A stretch of DNA of 64,000 nucleotides from Cyanophora paradoxa CCMP329 (lineage: Eukaryota > Plantae > Glaucophyta): positions 558,001 through 622,000 of the forward strand of contig QPMI01000005.1 of the NCBI GenBank assembly GCA_004431415.1, read 5' to 3'. The position numbers and the translations under genes are program-made. The notes below the pieces were generated by a model that saw only the letters and a program-made list of their open reading frames with translations, searched no databases and had not been told where the DNA came from. This document shows positions 22,701-35,850 of this stretch, piece after piece (the stretch's first letter is position 1; each line of letters opens with the position of its first letter).

Positions 22701-25700
22701 ACTGGCGGAGGGCGCCGAGGAGGACGCCGGGGGTGCTGGCGGGGTTGTCGCGGCACAGCGTCGCCGACGACTCGACGCTCCCGTGGACGCCCTCGCCCAC
22801 CATGTCGCCGCCCTCGCTCCACGCAAGCCCCGAGCACAGCACGTGCGCCGCCTCCTGCGCGCCCGCCGCTTAAACAAACAAACAAACAAGGAGGCGGAGA
22901 GCAAGGGCGAAATGACCTGCACGGTGGAGGTGACGAGGCCGGCGCCGGGGTACACGAGGCCGGCGGAGGGGCCCCCGGCGCTGGCGATCGTCTGAGGGAA
23001 GAAGTCCAGCTCCAGGAGGTACTGGCCCTGCAGAAGCGGCGGAGCGGCGAGAGGCGGAGGCGGTGAGCGATGGGGGAAGCGGAGGGAGCAAGTAAGGGGT
23101 CGGACCCGGTCGGGCTTGGTGGCGGCCTGCTTGGCGACCGACGTGAGCTCCCGCTTCAGCTCCGCCGGGGCCGAGTCCCCGGCGGCCAGCCAGGCCTTCA
23201 CGCCCTCCACCTTCTCGTAGCTGCCGCGCGGCCCGCCGGACAGTCAGTAAGCCGCCGCGCCGCGACGCGTGAAGGCGCGCGCGCGTCCAGGCCGCACCGG
23301 AGGAGGACGTAGGCGGCCAGGGCCACGGACTGGTCCCGAAGGTGGTACTGCCCCGTCATCCCCTTGATCTGCGGCGAGCGCGGCGCGGCGCCGGTCGGTC
23401 GGTGCGAGAGCGGCGAGGGTTCGAGTCTGGGCGGGGCACCTTCTCGGCGAGCGCGCGGAGCAGGTCGGGTAGGAGGGAGTGGGCGACGAAGGCGGGGAGG
23501 AGCCGCCGCGCGAGCAGCAGGGCCGCCCGGTCGTACCGCTGGCTCCCCGCCGAGCGCCGGAAGAGGTCCAGGACGGCTCCGAGGAGCCCGCGGTACTCCC
23601 CGCAGGCCTCGACGATCGAGAGGGCGCCCCGAAGCTGCTCCTCCGTGGGGAGCTCCCAGGGCGGCCACTCCGGCCCCGCGTCCGGCGCGTCCTCGCCCCC
23701 GGCCCCGGCCCCGGCGGCGGCATGGGCCCGGGCGCTCGGCGGCGGCGCCGGCGCGTCGGCCATCCCGCGCCGGTCTCGTGCCGTGGGGACGGCGGCTCCC
23801 GCAGGGACCGCTGCACGTGGGCGAGGGTCCAGCCCGCCAGCGCGAGCCGCTCGCAGGGGTACAGGCCCGCGATGGCCGCGGCGGGGTACTCGAGGTCCTG
23901 CGGGGGGAGGGAACGTGAGGAGGGCGGGGAGTAAGAGGCGAGGGGAAGACGCGGGGGCGCACCCGGTGGCGGGAGAGGGAGGTTACGGAGGGGGACGAGA
24001 TCGAGGAGGAGGACGGGCCGGCGGCGGGCGCGGCGGGCGCGGAGGAGGAGGCGGGCGCGGCAGGGACGAAAGTCGCGCTCGGGGCCGGAGTCGGGGGCGG
24101 CGGGTGGTAGACGAAGCGGTGCGCGGAGGGGGCGGCGGCGGTGCAGGAGGAGGGGCGGGCGGTGGCGGGCGGGAGGGGCGGGTCGCGCGGGGGCGCCCCC
24201 GGGCCCTCCATCGCGCTGCTGCGGGGCGTCTCTCCGGCCGCCCCCGCGGGGCCCGCCGCGACCGCCAGGCGCCGCTCCCGCTCCGCCGCGAACGCCTCGT
24301 ACTGCGCGAGCGGGCGCGGGTCGGACGGGGCCGGCGGCGGCGGCGGGGCGGGGCGGGGCGGGGCGGGGCGGGGCGGGCGCACGGCGGCTGTGAGGGAGCG
24401 CTCCCACTGGTGGAGGTAGGCGCCGGACGGCGAGTCGCCGTCGTCGAGGGCCAGCGCCCCGACGAAGGCGTACACGCGGCACTTGGCGGACGCGAGCCGC
24501 GCCGCGGCCTCCGCCGCGCGCGCCGCCGCCTCGCCGGCCTCGGCCGGCGGCACCATGGCCGAGCCGGCCCGCAGGTCCGGGCTGCCGTCGTCCCGCAGGG
24601 AGGGGATCTCCTCCAGGAGCCGCAGCTGGAAGTACCCGTCGGTGCCCTCGGGCGGGGCCGGCGGCTCCAGCGCGCCCCGCAGGACGAGCTCGCGCCGGTG
24701 CCGCTCCCGAGAGAAGAGCCCCCGCCGGGCCAGCTCGCCGAAGAGGCCGACGATGCGCTCCCGCGCGGCGCCGGAGGCCGCCAGCGGCGCCAGGCGGAGC
24801 AGCGTGTCCACGAGGCCGCGCTGGAGGCGGACGACGGCGTACTCGGCCTGGGACTCCGGGGCGGCCCCCGGCGGGGCCGTCTCGATGGCCGCCGCGCACA
24901 TCGCGTCGGCGTGGCGCCGCGCGATGGACGCCGCCAGCGCCGTCCGCAGCGGGTGGGCGTCCGTGGCGCAGTAGGGGCCCGGCGCCGCGGCCGGCAGCGC
25001 GAGGGCCGGGCCGGGCGCCGTGGCCGGGAGCGCCAGGGCCCAGCGGCAGATCGTGTCGAGGAGGCACTGCGAGGGGCCTGCGCCAGGGGGTACCCCGACG
25101 GCTCCAGCGCCCCCGGATCGCCTTAAAGACTCGCTCCACGTCCCCGTGCGAGGAGAACTCGTCGAGCGCCTGCGCTGGCGTCAGGTGGGGCGCGCGCGGC
25201 GGGGCGGGGCGGGGCGGGGCGGGGCGGCGGGCCTGGATGAGGACGGGGGTGGTGCGGGCGGCGTGGAGGGGCTTGGAGGGGGCGGATCGCTCGCGGAGGC
25301 GCTGGAAGCGCCGCTCGACCTCGGCGTCCTGGGGGTTGGAGGGGCCGGCGGGGGCGGCGGGCGGCGGGGGCAGCGGGAGCGGGGCGGCGGGCAGGCGGCC
25401 TCGACACGGGCGAGGAGGGAGCGGAGCTCGGCCGCCTCGGGCCAGCGCGGCGCGTCCGGCACGGCCGCCGCGACGTAGCGGAGGCAGAGGCGGACGACGG
25501 AGGCGACGCGGGCGGGGGAGGGCGCCGGGGCCGCGCCGCGCGCCGGGGCGGCGACGAGGCGGCGGGCCCGGGGCAGGAGCCACTCGAGGAGCGAGCGGAA
25601 GGGCGCGTGGGAGCGGCAGAGGTCCGGCAGGAGGTGCGGGAGCAGCGGGAAGGCGTAGTGGCCCAGGTGCTCCTCGTCGGCCGGCGAGGCGCACGCCGCG

Positions 25701-27126
25701 GCGGCCGAGAGGAGCGAGAGGTACCAGGGGTACAGGACCTTCGGGTCCAGCAGGCCCTTCGCCGAGTGCCAGAGAAGCAGCCGCGTGCCGTACGCCCACT
25801 TGAGGAACGAAGCGCGGTCGATGGCGATCGAGGAGGGCTCGCCCGCCGCCGCTGCCGCCGCCGCCGCCGTTGCCGGAGCCGGGCGCTGCTTCTGGGAGGC
25901 GGGGGCCGCCGCCGCCGCGGAGGCCGCGGGCAGCGCCGGGGCGGACGCCCGTAGCGAGGCCGGGATGAGCGCTTCGAGGTACTTGACGAGGGTTTGGGTC
26001 CACTGGGTCGACCGTTGCTGCGCGCGGCGCCGGCGTCGGCGTCGACGCCGGGGCGGGGCGGGGCGGGGCGCGCGGGGCGGCGGGGGTACGCCGAATGCGC
26101 ACCTCGGCCGAGTTGGCGCGCGAGGGGTGGTACTGGTTCAGGTAGATGACTTTCACGTACCTGGGGGGCGAGGCTCGGCCTGGGGTACGGGGGCGGGGCG
26201 GGGCGGGGCGCGGGGGTGCGGCGCACCACGTGGCACGGAGGATGGGTACCTGGTTCTCCACCAGCATATCCAGGAGGGTTTGGCCCTTGAATCTGCGGCG
26301 GGGGTTCAGTGGGCCGGCTCGGCGAAGGGCGGGGGCGGGGGCGCCGGGGCCGGGGCTGGCGCTCACCCGTGCGGGACGGTCGACGCGAGCTCTCGCAGGG
26401 GCGTGAAGGAGGGCGTTCCCGGCTGCAAGTCGTCCTGCCGCGCGGGGTACGAGAGCTCGCTGATCCACTTCTTCCGGAGAGAATCGTCGGCCTGCATGAC
26501 TTGCGTGGGGAACTGCACGGTGGCCTTCGGCAGAGGAAGCGCGAGCGCCTGCGCGAGGGCGAAACGCGCGCGTATCAGGGGAACAGGCGAATGCAACGCC
26601 GGCTGAGCCCCGCGTGCCTGCGACTTGGAGCGCAGGGCCATTTCTCGCAGCTTCGTCACTTTGTCCCGGAAGTCCTTCTCTTGGATCAATGTGAAGACCT
26701 TCTTGAAAGTCTCGTACTCATCGTTCGCCTGCTGTGTGCCGAACCGCACGAGTTACGACAGGGCCCTCGGGGGCGGACGCAGCGCGGCCTCCCGCTCCGC
26801 TCGCACCTCGATGCCGAAAGTCTCCCAGTGGCCCGACCCAACGGTGGTCTTGTCGATGCGCTCCTCTGGCGCATTAGCTGGCACCGGATAGAAGTCCGGA
26901 ACGCCGAGCTTCCTGGAGCCACGGGAGAGATCCTTCATGCTTGGAGGCTTAAGCACATACGGCTTGAGCCGGTTGCGTGGGGCGGTGAGGGGAGACCCAT
27001 GAAGTCTGGGCCATTCACTTGGGTTAGCCGGCCGGGGCGAGAACTGCGCTCGCGACGTGGCGGGGAACGCCCTAGGACGACGCACCGGATGGGCCCCCCG
27101 ACCCCTCGCTTCGCCTGGAGCGACAT
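19766..27126 (-). CDS. MED12: Mediator kinase-module subunit 12 (multi-exon)
   Basis: N-terminal Med12 domain: LGVPDFYP...EE, PLRELASTVPHG/FKGQTLLDMLVENQVPILRATW/YVKVIYLN, then WTQTLVKYL and RLLLWHSAKGLLD. Plant-type C-terminus IDPWTVLED...GAIRRRPRRPLAYV. Probable ATG 27126 (MSLQ, then a GC-AG intron). Confidence 0.85.
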
Positions 27127-27431
27127 GCTGCCCGGCGAAGCGCGGGGGCTGTGTTCGATTCGAGCCGCCGCCGCCCGTAAGCTTCTACGTGTGCTCTAGA
27201 ATCATCGCTCAACCGCAGCGAGTCGCTCAAAGATCGGAGGCGGCTCTCAGCTCGTGCGACAAGCGCCTGTAGGGGGGCGAAATTTCTTCCCCCCCTCTCG
27301 TCGGGTTTTGTCGGACTCCGGTGGGAGTCCGGCCTCGCTCGCCGTTCGGAGAGCGCTGCGATGTTAGACAAGGTGGGTTTCGCTGCAATCCGTGGGCTCC
27401 GCCTCCAGGACTTGCGTCCGTCCTTGCACCG

Positions 27432-29542
27432 ATGGCGCTGAGCGACTGGGACGTCCGCTTTCCGCTTTCCTCACGCCTTCCGTGTCGCAGAAGTCGAAAA
27501 AGAAGTTCCGCCCGCCATGCTCCGTCCTCGTACGCTCCCACCGCGGTTTGAGCTGGCCCACCTGACGGCCGCGCAGTCCCCAGACGAGGAGCTGGCGCTC
27601 GTCGATCTCATCGAGACGGAGCATGCGGATGAGCTAGAGACACAGCCCGCCATGGCCCGGCTGCGGCGGAAACTGCTCCTCAACCAGGTAGCCGCCTCGC
27701 GCGGGCGCAGCTCGCGCCGGCCTCAGGCGGGCGGGGCTCTTTGCAGGTCCGGCGAGAGCGCGGGCTCCCTCTCTTCGACATCGACGCGCGAGTCACACGG
27801 CTGAATGAGCGGATCAAGCGCTCAGACCAGCAGTATACGATCTACGTGGAAGAGAACGAGCAGACGACGCCGCCAGCTAACCAGCCGCCCGTCCGGCCCG
27901 CCGCCGCGCGGGCGTACGAAGCGATTGCGGCGCAGGCGGCCGCGGCCGCAGCAGCGTCGTCGAGTTCCTCCCACCACCACCAGCAACCCTCGCCGCGCGG
28001 CATCTCGCCCCGTGGCATTTCGCCCCGCGGCCCCTCCCCTCGCGCCTCCTCCTCCTCCTCCTTATCGGCTTCCATCGCCAGCCCCCGCGGCCGTTCATCC
28101 CGATCCCTCGCCGCTCAAGCCGCCGCACAGGCGGCGTCAACAGCGTCGTCGTCCTCGGCGGCGGCGGCGCCAGCGCCCGCCTCCGCTCCTGCCGCCGAGA
28201 GGGCCGCCCCCTCGCCCCCGCCCAAGCGCCCCGCCTCCCCCCCACCTCCCCCGACCGTCAAGCTCATCCCCGTGCGCGCCTCCCGTACCCCCACGTGCCC
28301 CGGCTGATGACCCCGCGCAGCTGGGGCGCGGGGTGTACCCCTGGGTCCCCGTCCACGGTGCCTTCGAGTCGACGCTGCTCGGCGGCTGGCACACGGAGCC
28401 CTCCTACGTCGTCGCCGGCGCCACCGGCCGCGTTCTCAAGGTCCGTGTACCCCCCTCCTTTCCGCCGGCGCGCCCCCGACGCGTGGCCGCCGCAGCCGTA
28501 CATTCGGCGGGACTCGGAGACGCGGCCGCGTCACGTGGCGCTGCTGGAGGAGCTGGTCGCCACAGCGAGGCGGTGCGGCCCGCCGCCGCGCGCCGGGCCC
28601 TCTCCCGTCCCGCGACGCCCGCCCGCCCGCAGGCTCGGCACCGCGCGCGACGTGGCGGGGCCCTACCAGCGGGCGCCCATCGACTACTGCCACCTGCAGC
28701 CGCACCTGGTCCCGCAGGTCCGCCCCGCCGCTGTACCCCCGCCCGCAGCCCGCCGACCCGCCCCGCGCGCAGGCGAACCGCCTCCTTTCAGAGGTCCTGT
28801 GGCCGAACATCGACAGTGAGCCGTACCCCTCCTGCTTCGCTGTGCCCCGCCCACGCGCCGCCGCAGCCTCTGAGGCGGCCGCGGCGTTCCCGGAGCTCAC
28901 CGCTGTCGCCCTGTACCGCAAGCGCGTCATCGGCTGCGCCGTCATGACCAACCGGGGGTACGCCTGCTGTCTCGGGATCGCTGTACCCCGGTCTGACGAG
29001 GCTTCAGGTACGTGCTGTACCTCGGAGTGGACCCGCACTGGCGCCGCTCGGGCGTGGCCTCTTTTCTTCTGTACTCCATCCTTCAGGCAGGCCGTACCCC
29101 CCCTCTCCTCGGAGGCCCCCTTCGCCCTGTCCCTGACGCGGGCCTCGGCAGCTGTGCCCGGCGCGGGACGCCACCGCCCACGCGGGGGCGGACAACGGCG
29201 CCGGCGCGGCCTTCCTCCAGGTACCCCCCCCTTCCCCCCCCCCCCCAACCCCCCGTTCGCCCTCTCGTGCAGTAACTGACCCGTCGGCCGCAGCGGTTCG
29301 GCTTTCGGGCGGAGCGGTTCGTGGTGGACTACTACCGGAAGCAGTGGCAGCTCGGGAACGTCGCCTGCAGGCACGGCCTCTTCTTCCGGCTCCGGGGGGC
29401 GGGCCGCGGGCCGCAGCCGCCGCCCGGCGCGAGCCTCCCGCCCTCGGGCTCCCCCGCCCCCTCGGGGCGCCCCTCGCCCAACCCGTCCCCGCCCGCCGCC
29501 ATGATGCGCGCCCGCTCCTCTCCCATTCCCGCCGCGCAATGA
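27432..29542 (+). CDS. KAT14: KAT14/CSRP2BP (ATAC2)-like GNAT histone acetyltransferase (multi-exon)
   Basis: Motifs typical of CSRP2BP: ARLRRKLLL..RERGLPLFDID, PYIRRDSETRP, PIDYC, LWPNID, VALYRKRVIGC, YLGVDPHWRRSGVASFLLY, FGFRAERFVVDYY...CRHGLFFRLR. Confidence 0.85.
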
Positions 29543-29818
29543 GTTCTGTGTTCTTGCGCGGATGTTTCCCATTGGCACTTAATCTTGAGAACAGTAAAAC
29601 ACGCCATACGTATATACTTCCCGCCCCCCGGGGCCCCCCCACCACCCCCCTCCCGGGGGAGCCCGAAGTTCAACGAAGTTCCGAAGTTCAACGGTTTAGA
29701 AAGTTTCGAATGTATCCTCTAATAATTTCGCTCCGAGGCTCAATTGCAAGAGTCTGACTATATAAACTCTCTGACACATTCTTTATAGCTATGAGCAGTT
29801 TCAGATCAGATTCAAATG

Positions 29819-31658
29819 CTACAATTTGAAAACATGAAAATGGGGCCTCACTATTTTGGAGTTTCTGAACCAATTCTCGAAAATAGTCTCAGCGCCACGT
29901 ATCGAGTAATGCACAAAAAGTTTCAAACGAACAGAAAGCCCAGGATGGCTCTCTGGCGTAAGGACGAGCAACTCGCGAAAAGGAGCGAGTTCTAGAACGG
30001 CGTCGTTACCAAAAGACATCTGGCAGGAAAGAGAGAGCCGGCGGAGCTGGGGCCCGCAAGAGGCTACTGCTGCAAGGGCCTCTCGGGCGGGGACAGCGCG
30101 GTTGAGCTTCAAATCTACAACAGAAGATGCCGCGAGAGCAGCCTCTACGAGCTCGCCAAGGCGTACGGCGTCGATGGGGCCGCCATTGTCCACAGTGCGG
30201 ATGCGGACCATGCACTCCTCGAGCCCCCGTCCGGACCGGCTGCGGAGCAGCGCCGCGCCGGCGCGCAGGAGCCCCGCGCCCCCGTCCGCCGCCTCAGAGA
30301 GGCTCAAGGTGAGGTTGAGCGCCTTGAGCCGCTCCAGGCGGCCCAGGGCGGGCAGGAGGGCGGCGCAGTCCGGCCAGACCTGCGCGGGGAATCAGGTGAG
30401 CCGGAAGAAGGCAGCACCAGGCAGCGCAAGAAGGGAGCGGACCGCGATGGAGAGCTCTTCGAGAGAGGTGAAGAGCAGCACGGAGGCGAGCCACTGGGCG
30501 TTGAGAGACCGCAGGGACTCGTTCAGGACCAGCTTGCGCAGCTTTGCGCCGGACGGGCCCGCAGCGATCGCGGCGAGCGCGTCCGCGACGTGCTCGTCAA
30601 GCGACGCGATAGACACGATGAGCTCCTCCAGGTGCGCGCAGCCCGCGATCTCCTGCAGCGCCTCGCCGCCTTCAACCCGTGCGTTCAGCGAGCGCAGCGC
30701 TGGGAAAGCCGCAACCAGGCGGGCCTGCGGGGCGACAGGGAGTGACAACGCAATCATGCACGAGATGCTGGCAAGACTTACGACGCGCTGCTTCGACAGT
30801 CCGGTTCCGTGATCAGACTTGAACTCCCGGAGTGCTGGCGCACAGCCTGGACGAGATATGAGCGAACAGATAATAAAGCACTGCAAAGAGGGCCGAACCT
30901 GGATTCGCCATCATAGCGAGCGCCTCTGCAAAGCACGAGCGGGGCACGTTCATCGACTTCAGGGGTGCTGGCGCGAGGGCCAACATGAACAAGGCCGCCA
31001 CATGCTCCAGGGACATAGAAATGAGCCCCAGCTCGCGCTGAATGTCGGTCGAGCGCCACCAATACCAATCAGCTCCAAAGTCGATCGACTCCAGCGGAAC
31101 CGCAGCAGTTGCAGCAGAAGCGAGCAGGCCTGCGCGGGCGGGTGAGGATGGGGCAGCAAGTGGCAAGCGCAAGCACCCCGCACCAGCAATTCGATTTGCA
31201 TTGTCTTGAGCGTGCTGCATCATCTTTCCATCGCCCTCGTCGATGTTCTCGTCTTCCCACAAGGAAGACAGGACAAGTCTAATGTCCAGATGTTTCACAC
31301 CGAGCATCTGGCGGCTTCCGAGGCGTTCTGCGAAGCGCTGAAGCTGTTTTTGAAAGATCTTCGCCTGCAACTCCGTGTCTTTTGCGCCTGGAACTACGTC
31401 GGCGTCTACAGTAATGCTCTTCCAGAGCACGCCAGGCAGCAGCTGCCGGAACCGCCGATCTACGGCCCACAGCTTCGATTCCTCGTACGCCTTCCCGGCA
31501 TCGAGGTTGCTGAAGATCTGCTGCACCAGCGCGTCCGGCAGGCGCGCGAAGGGATTCGAATCCTGCTGCCCGCTGCAGCTGGCCGCCTCCGAGGGGCCTG
31601 CCGCGCTGCTGGAGGGCTCCATCTTGCGGCTGCGCTTCGCTGATCGCTCTTGGTCCAT
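29819..31658 (-). CDS. F-box/LRR-like protein, copy 3
   Basis: MDQERSAKRSRK...NPFARLPDALVQQIFSNLDAGKAYEESKLWAVDRRF; ends ...NWFRNSKIVRPHFHVFKL*. Confidence 0.8.
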
Positions 31659-32302
31659 CGTTAACGTTGCTGCTTCGCGGCCGTTCCTTCTCGCGGCGGA
31701 GCGGGCCGGCAGCGAGCGGCGAGCTACAGGTATCGCGGTGCTGCCTGGCGTACGCGGCAGAGCCAAACGATCCGGATCCAAGCGCTGGAGCACGCCGAGC
31801 GACGCGTCTACGTATACCCGTTTTACTTGTCGCCCCGGTTGTTTTTTCGCGGTGTTGCAAACTGCTCCAGCGCTAGCAGAGGACCGTCACGGCGTACCAG
31901 CACATGTACCGCGGGCCGTACAGGCTGCACGTAGCCGCTGTACAGCCCAGTGAGCCCACTAGCTTCGGCTCTCGTACAGCCGTTGCCAAGTTGGGCTGTC
32001 ATTATATATATGTCGATCGCGATATCATAGTATAATTGCTCTAGATCTGCACACGCGTACGGGGCCTCAGGGCTGTCATTCAATGATTGCTGTCATGCAT
32101 TGTCAGGCCTGATCATGAGGGCCAGCCCCTGCAGGGCCACTGGGCCAGGCCTAGGAGGGCGGGCCCGCGGCTCCCACCCCCGGCGCCTCCGAGGTCATCG
32201 GCGGCGGCGGCGGCGGCGGCAAGGGCTGCCAGGCTGCCAGGCTGGCGCTCGTTCTTCGCAGTGCACACGTGGGCACTGAAAGGACAGCGACCCTCTAGCT
32301 AG

Positions 32303-34212
32303 CTATAGCGCTAAGGCTTGAATCCGTTTCTTTTGGAACAAGGCCGCATGCCCTCGCCGCTTGCTGTCTGTCAGCTGGGGGCCGGGGCGGGGGCGGGGCC
32401 GCCGGGGCGGCGGATCCGGACTGCGGAGCGCGTGGGGCGGGAGGGCGCCGGTGGGGCCGAGGCAGGAGCAGGGGCCGGGGCAGGGATTAATATTGGGGCA
32501 GGGGCCGGGGCCGGTGCGGAGCGGACGACGTGGCCCCAGGCTACCGCCGCGATGGCGGCGGCCCTGGGCGAGACTCTGGCCGCGCCCATGTGCGCCCCCG
32601 CGCATGCCGAGGTCCCGGGTAGGAAGCGGGCGGCCCCCGCGGCGGCGGCGGCGCCCGGCTCCGGGGCGCGGCGGATCCCGTTCGCCCAGCCGCACGCCTC
32701 CTCCCCGCAGAGGTCGAAGACGCAGGGCGCAGGCTCCTCGACCACCCGCCCCTTCCCGTCCCGCCGCATCACTGCCCGGAGTCAGGGGGGTACGGGGGGC
32801 GAGAGGGGAGGGGGGGGAGGAGGGGGGGGGAGGCGCGCCGTGGAGGCGGTACCCGAAGTAATCGCCCTCGTTGTGGGGGTACACGATGGCGCCGAGGGCC
32901 CCGTGATGCTTCGGCCTCGCCAACACGTTTCGCTGCGCGCCGGTTCACGGTTGGCGGGCCCTAAGCGGCGGGGGGAGGGGGCGGGGCGGGCCCCAGGCTG
33001 GGCGCCGGCGGGGCCGGGGACGGGCGGACCAGGTTCTCGCGCTGGGCGGGGGTAGGGGCCTCCGCCTCGACCTTCACGAGGAGCGACGTGCCGTTGGAGA
33101 GGGTACAGGCGAATTCGAAGGGGCCGGCGCCGGCCTCCGGATCCCCGGCCTCGTAGCGCGGGCCGAGGCGGAATGCGCGGAGCGTAGCCGCCGCCCGCGC
33201 CGCGAGCGCCGACGGCAATCGTTCTGCCGCGACCCCCGGTCGGCGCCGGCGCCGGCGCCGGCGCGGGGCGGGCGGGCGGGAAGAGAGGAAAAGGCGCACC
33301 TCCCGTGAATGAATCGAGGGCGGGGCGGTCCAGCGACCCCTCGAGGCCTTCGCGGCGCACCTGCTCCCCCGCGATCCGACTGGCCAGCTGCGCCCGCGGC
33401 CCGGCCCCGTCAGGCGGCGGGAAGGCGGGGGCGGGGCGGGGCGGGGGCGGGGCGGGGGCGCGGCGAATGGGGGGGACGCGCGAAGGGGTACACGTCGAGG
33501 AGGGCCTCCAGCAGCTCCCGCACGGCGTTCACGTCCAGGCACGCCGACGTCCGTTCGGGCAGAGCTTCCTGCGGCGGGTCGGGGGGGGGGGGTAGGGGGA
33601 GGAGAAGGGCCCGGGGGGGTACGGTACGGGGCGCACGAGGACGTAAGGAAAGCAGGGGAGGCGAACGAAGCGCTGGTGGAGGCCCTGCCGCGGGTACAGG
33701 CGGAAGCGCACGCGCGGGGCGAAGCGGTCCCGCGCCCACCGGACGAACTTGGGGCCGATCCCGCCGCAGCGGAGGCAGAGCTCGTCCCGCTCGTCCGCCG
33801 TCGTCGGGCAGGCGTCGGCGGCGAACTCCACCCAGCGCAGCGTCCCGCTTTCGCTCTCCGCCGGCAGGAACACCTCTTCGGACGGGTCCGTCGTCTCCGC
33901 GCGCCCCGCCGCCGCCGCCACCGCCGCCACCAGCTTCCGCACGCTCTCCATAGGCACGCCGTACGCCCAGAAGCACGGGCCCCACTCCCCGCCCCGCGCC
34001 GGCGTCTCCTCGTACGTCTCCGCGCACACGAGCGGCATCGGGACGCTCCCCGCCGTGCCGGCGACGTTGTACGGAACGTCGAACTGCGCATGCGCGGCGT
34101 GTTAGGCGGCGTGCGCGGCGCGGCAGCGCGGGGGGCGCCGCCTGCGCGCGGCGCGTACCCAGAAGAGGACGCGGTACGCCTTGCCGGGCGTCATCCTCGC
34201 GGCTGGCTCCAT
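32303..34212 (-). CDS. Hypothetical protein, multi-exon, no family recognised
   Basis: MEPAARMTPGKAYRVLFW, GT-AG intron, FDVPYNVAG...GPCFWAYGVP...ELCLRCGGIGPKFVRW...AIVYPHNEGDYFGYRLH. Complex, protein-like exons flanked by typical short introns. The 3' end is uncertain. Confidence 0.6.
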
Positions 34213-34516
34213 CGATCAACGCGAGTGCGCTCGCGCTGCTAGCGCTCCCGCCTCACCGCCTCGATCGCCGCTGCTCCACACGCGGCGCGCACTAGCTACC
34301 CGTCCGAGTTGTCGTCCCCCGACTCCCCGCCGAGTCCGCGAGACACCGTCGCCGCCCGCGTGCTGCTGCGCAAGCTAGCGGCACGCCCGACGCTGCAAGA
34401 CTCTGCGTCAAGCTGCTACCGCAGTGCACGATCCAGTGGCCCGCCTTGCTCTGCGACACGCCTTGACCCGGCGCTCTTGGTGCCGCACCGCTCCAAAGCG
34501 CCCTACCCCCGCAGGT

Positions 34517-34603
34517 GTTGCCAACTGGCCTGCAGGAAAGCCTGCAGGCCAGTTGGCAACGGCCTAGTCCTGCAGGCAAACCTGCAGGCCAGTTGGCAAC
34601 GGC
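34517..34603. repeat. Perfect 20-bp-stem hairpin plus a second partial unit
   Basis: gttgccaactggcctgcagg-aaag-cctgcaggccagttggcaac (34517-34560), then cctgcagg-caaa-cctgcaggccagttggcaacggc. Confidence 0.85.
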
Positions 34604-35574
34604 TCGTTGGCCAGCAGGAAAACCTGCGCATGCATGCGCAGGGCCGTGCAGGCCACTGACTTCGACCCCCGTATGCAGCTACCGCGTCTCTCAGTCTGCG
34701 TTCTCCCCGTGCCCCGCGCCGTTCTCTCTGTCTGCGCCCAGCACTGCCCATCGCGTCGAATGCGGCGGACGCGTCGAGGTCTGAGCTCGGCAGCGGCCTC
34801 TCTCGTTGGAGCAGCCACCGTCAAGCTCTTGCGGAGCGCACGACGACTCCCGATTCCAGCTGCGGGGCTCCTTGCGCCCGGCAGTCCCAGCAGCTGCCAC
34901 AGCGTGGTTCCTTCTGCACTCTCACTGGTGCGCGCTGAGCGCAGCGGCCTTGCCGCGCTGCTTGCTGACTTCCGCACGGGCGCAGACTCCTGCGCGGTGC
35001 TCGGCCGTCCGACGGTCGGAGTAGGATCAGGCTCGTGCGAGTGGTGCGGGCTCGCGCTCGCTCGTGCCGGGCTTCCCGCAGCTCGCTGGTGCATGCTCGT
35101 TGAATCAGCGGTCCAGGGCTCTTTTAGATCTGGCCGAGGCATGCGTGCGACCGGAGCGGCAGGACCCGCGCACCTCGAGCCCCAACGAGGTAGCGCCCGC
35201 GCTGCCTCGGGCCCGCGCGCTCCGTGCGCCCCGCCCAACATGACCCGTGCGCGACGCAGCAGGCGCCGCGCGCTGGGCGCTGCGGAGGGGCGCGAGCCCC
35301 TGAGGCTGCGGGCGGCCTCTCGCGGCGGCCCTCCCTCGCGCCGCTCCAGACGCGGCGGCAGAGGCAGGCGGGGGCGCCTGCGGGCGGGTCTGCGGGGAAG
35401 CCCCGGCGCCCGCGGCCTGGCAGACCTTGCCACCGCGCTGACCCCGCGCGCCTCCCCGGCCCTTGGCTTCGCGCTGGCCCTGGCCCGCCTCGCTCCACCC
35501 CACTTCGTCCGCCGCCGACCCTGCCAGCGGCGCCAGCGGGGCCTGCCCCCCCCCCCCCCCCCCCCCCCCCGGCG

Positions 35575-35766
35575 CCCTCGGCGGTTCCCGGGTTCCGAGG
35601 GAGCGGGGTACAGGCGCTGACCGCCGCGTGATCGGCTGCGCCGAAAGACCAATCGGGGGTACGTCCTCTGCTTCGTATGTGCTGTACCCCGACCTGACGA
35701 TGCTTCAGGTACAGGTACCCCGGTCTGATATGCTCGGGGTGGACCCCCACTGGCGGCGCGCCGGCG
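35575..35766 (+). pseudogene. Small degenerate KAT14 fragment
   Basis: cgcgtgatcggctgcgcc..gaccaatcgggggtacg and ctcggggtggacccccactggcggcgc match 28920-29050. Confidence 0.6.
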
Positions 35767-35850
35767 GGACAGTGGTCACCGCCGTACGGATATCTCAGTT
35801 CTATCATTAGCCGTATTGTCTCGGTGTGTGCGAATTCATTGATTAGTGGC

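Noticed and set aside
19838-26468. Long Arg/Gly/Pro-rich ORFs on both strands (e.g. 19838-22120 +, 23244-26468 -)
   Set aside because: Shadow ORFs caused by very high GC over the spliced MED12 gene.
34220-35570. A further gene or an intact CACTA element (also 45700-47330 and 3290-3860)
   Set aside because: No convincing protein motif, TIR pair or TSD could be defined by eye.
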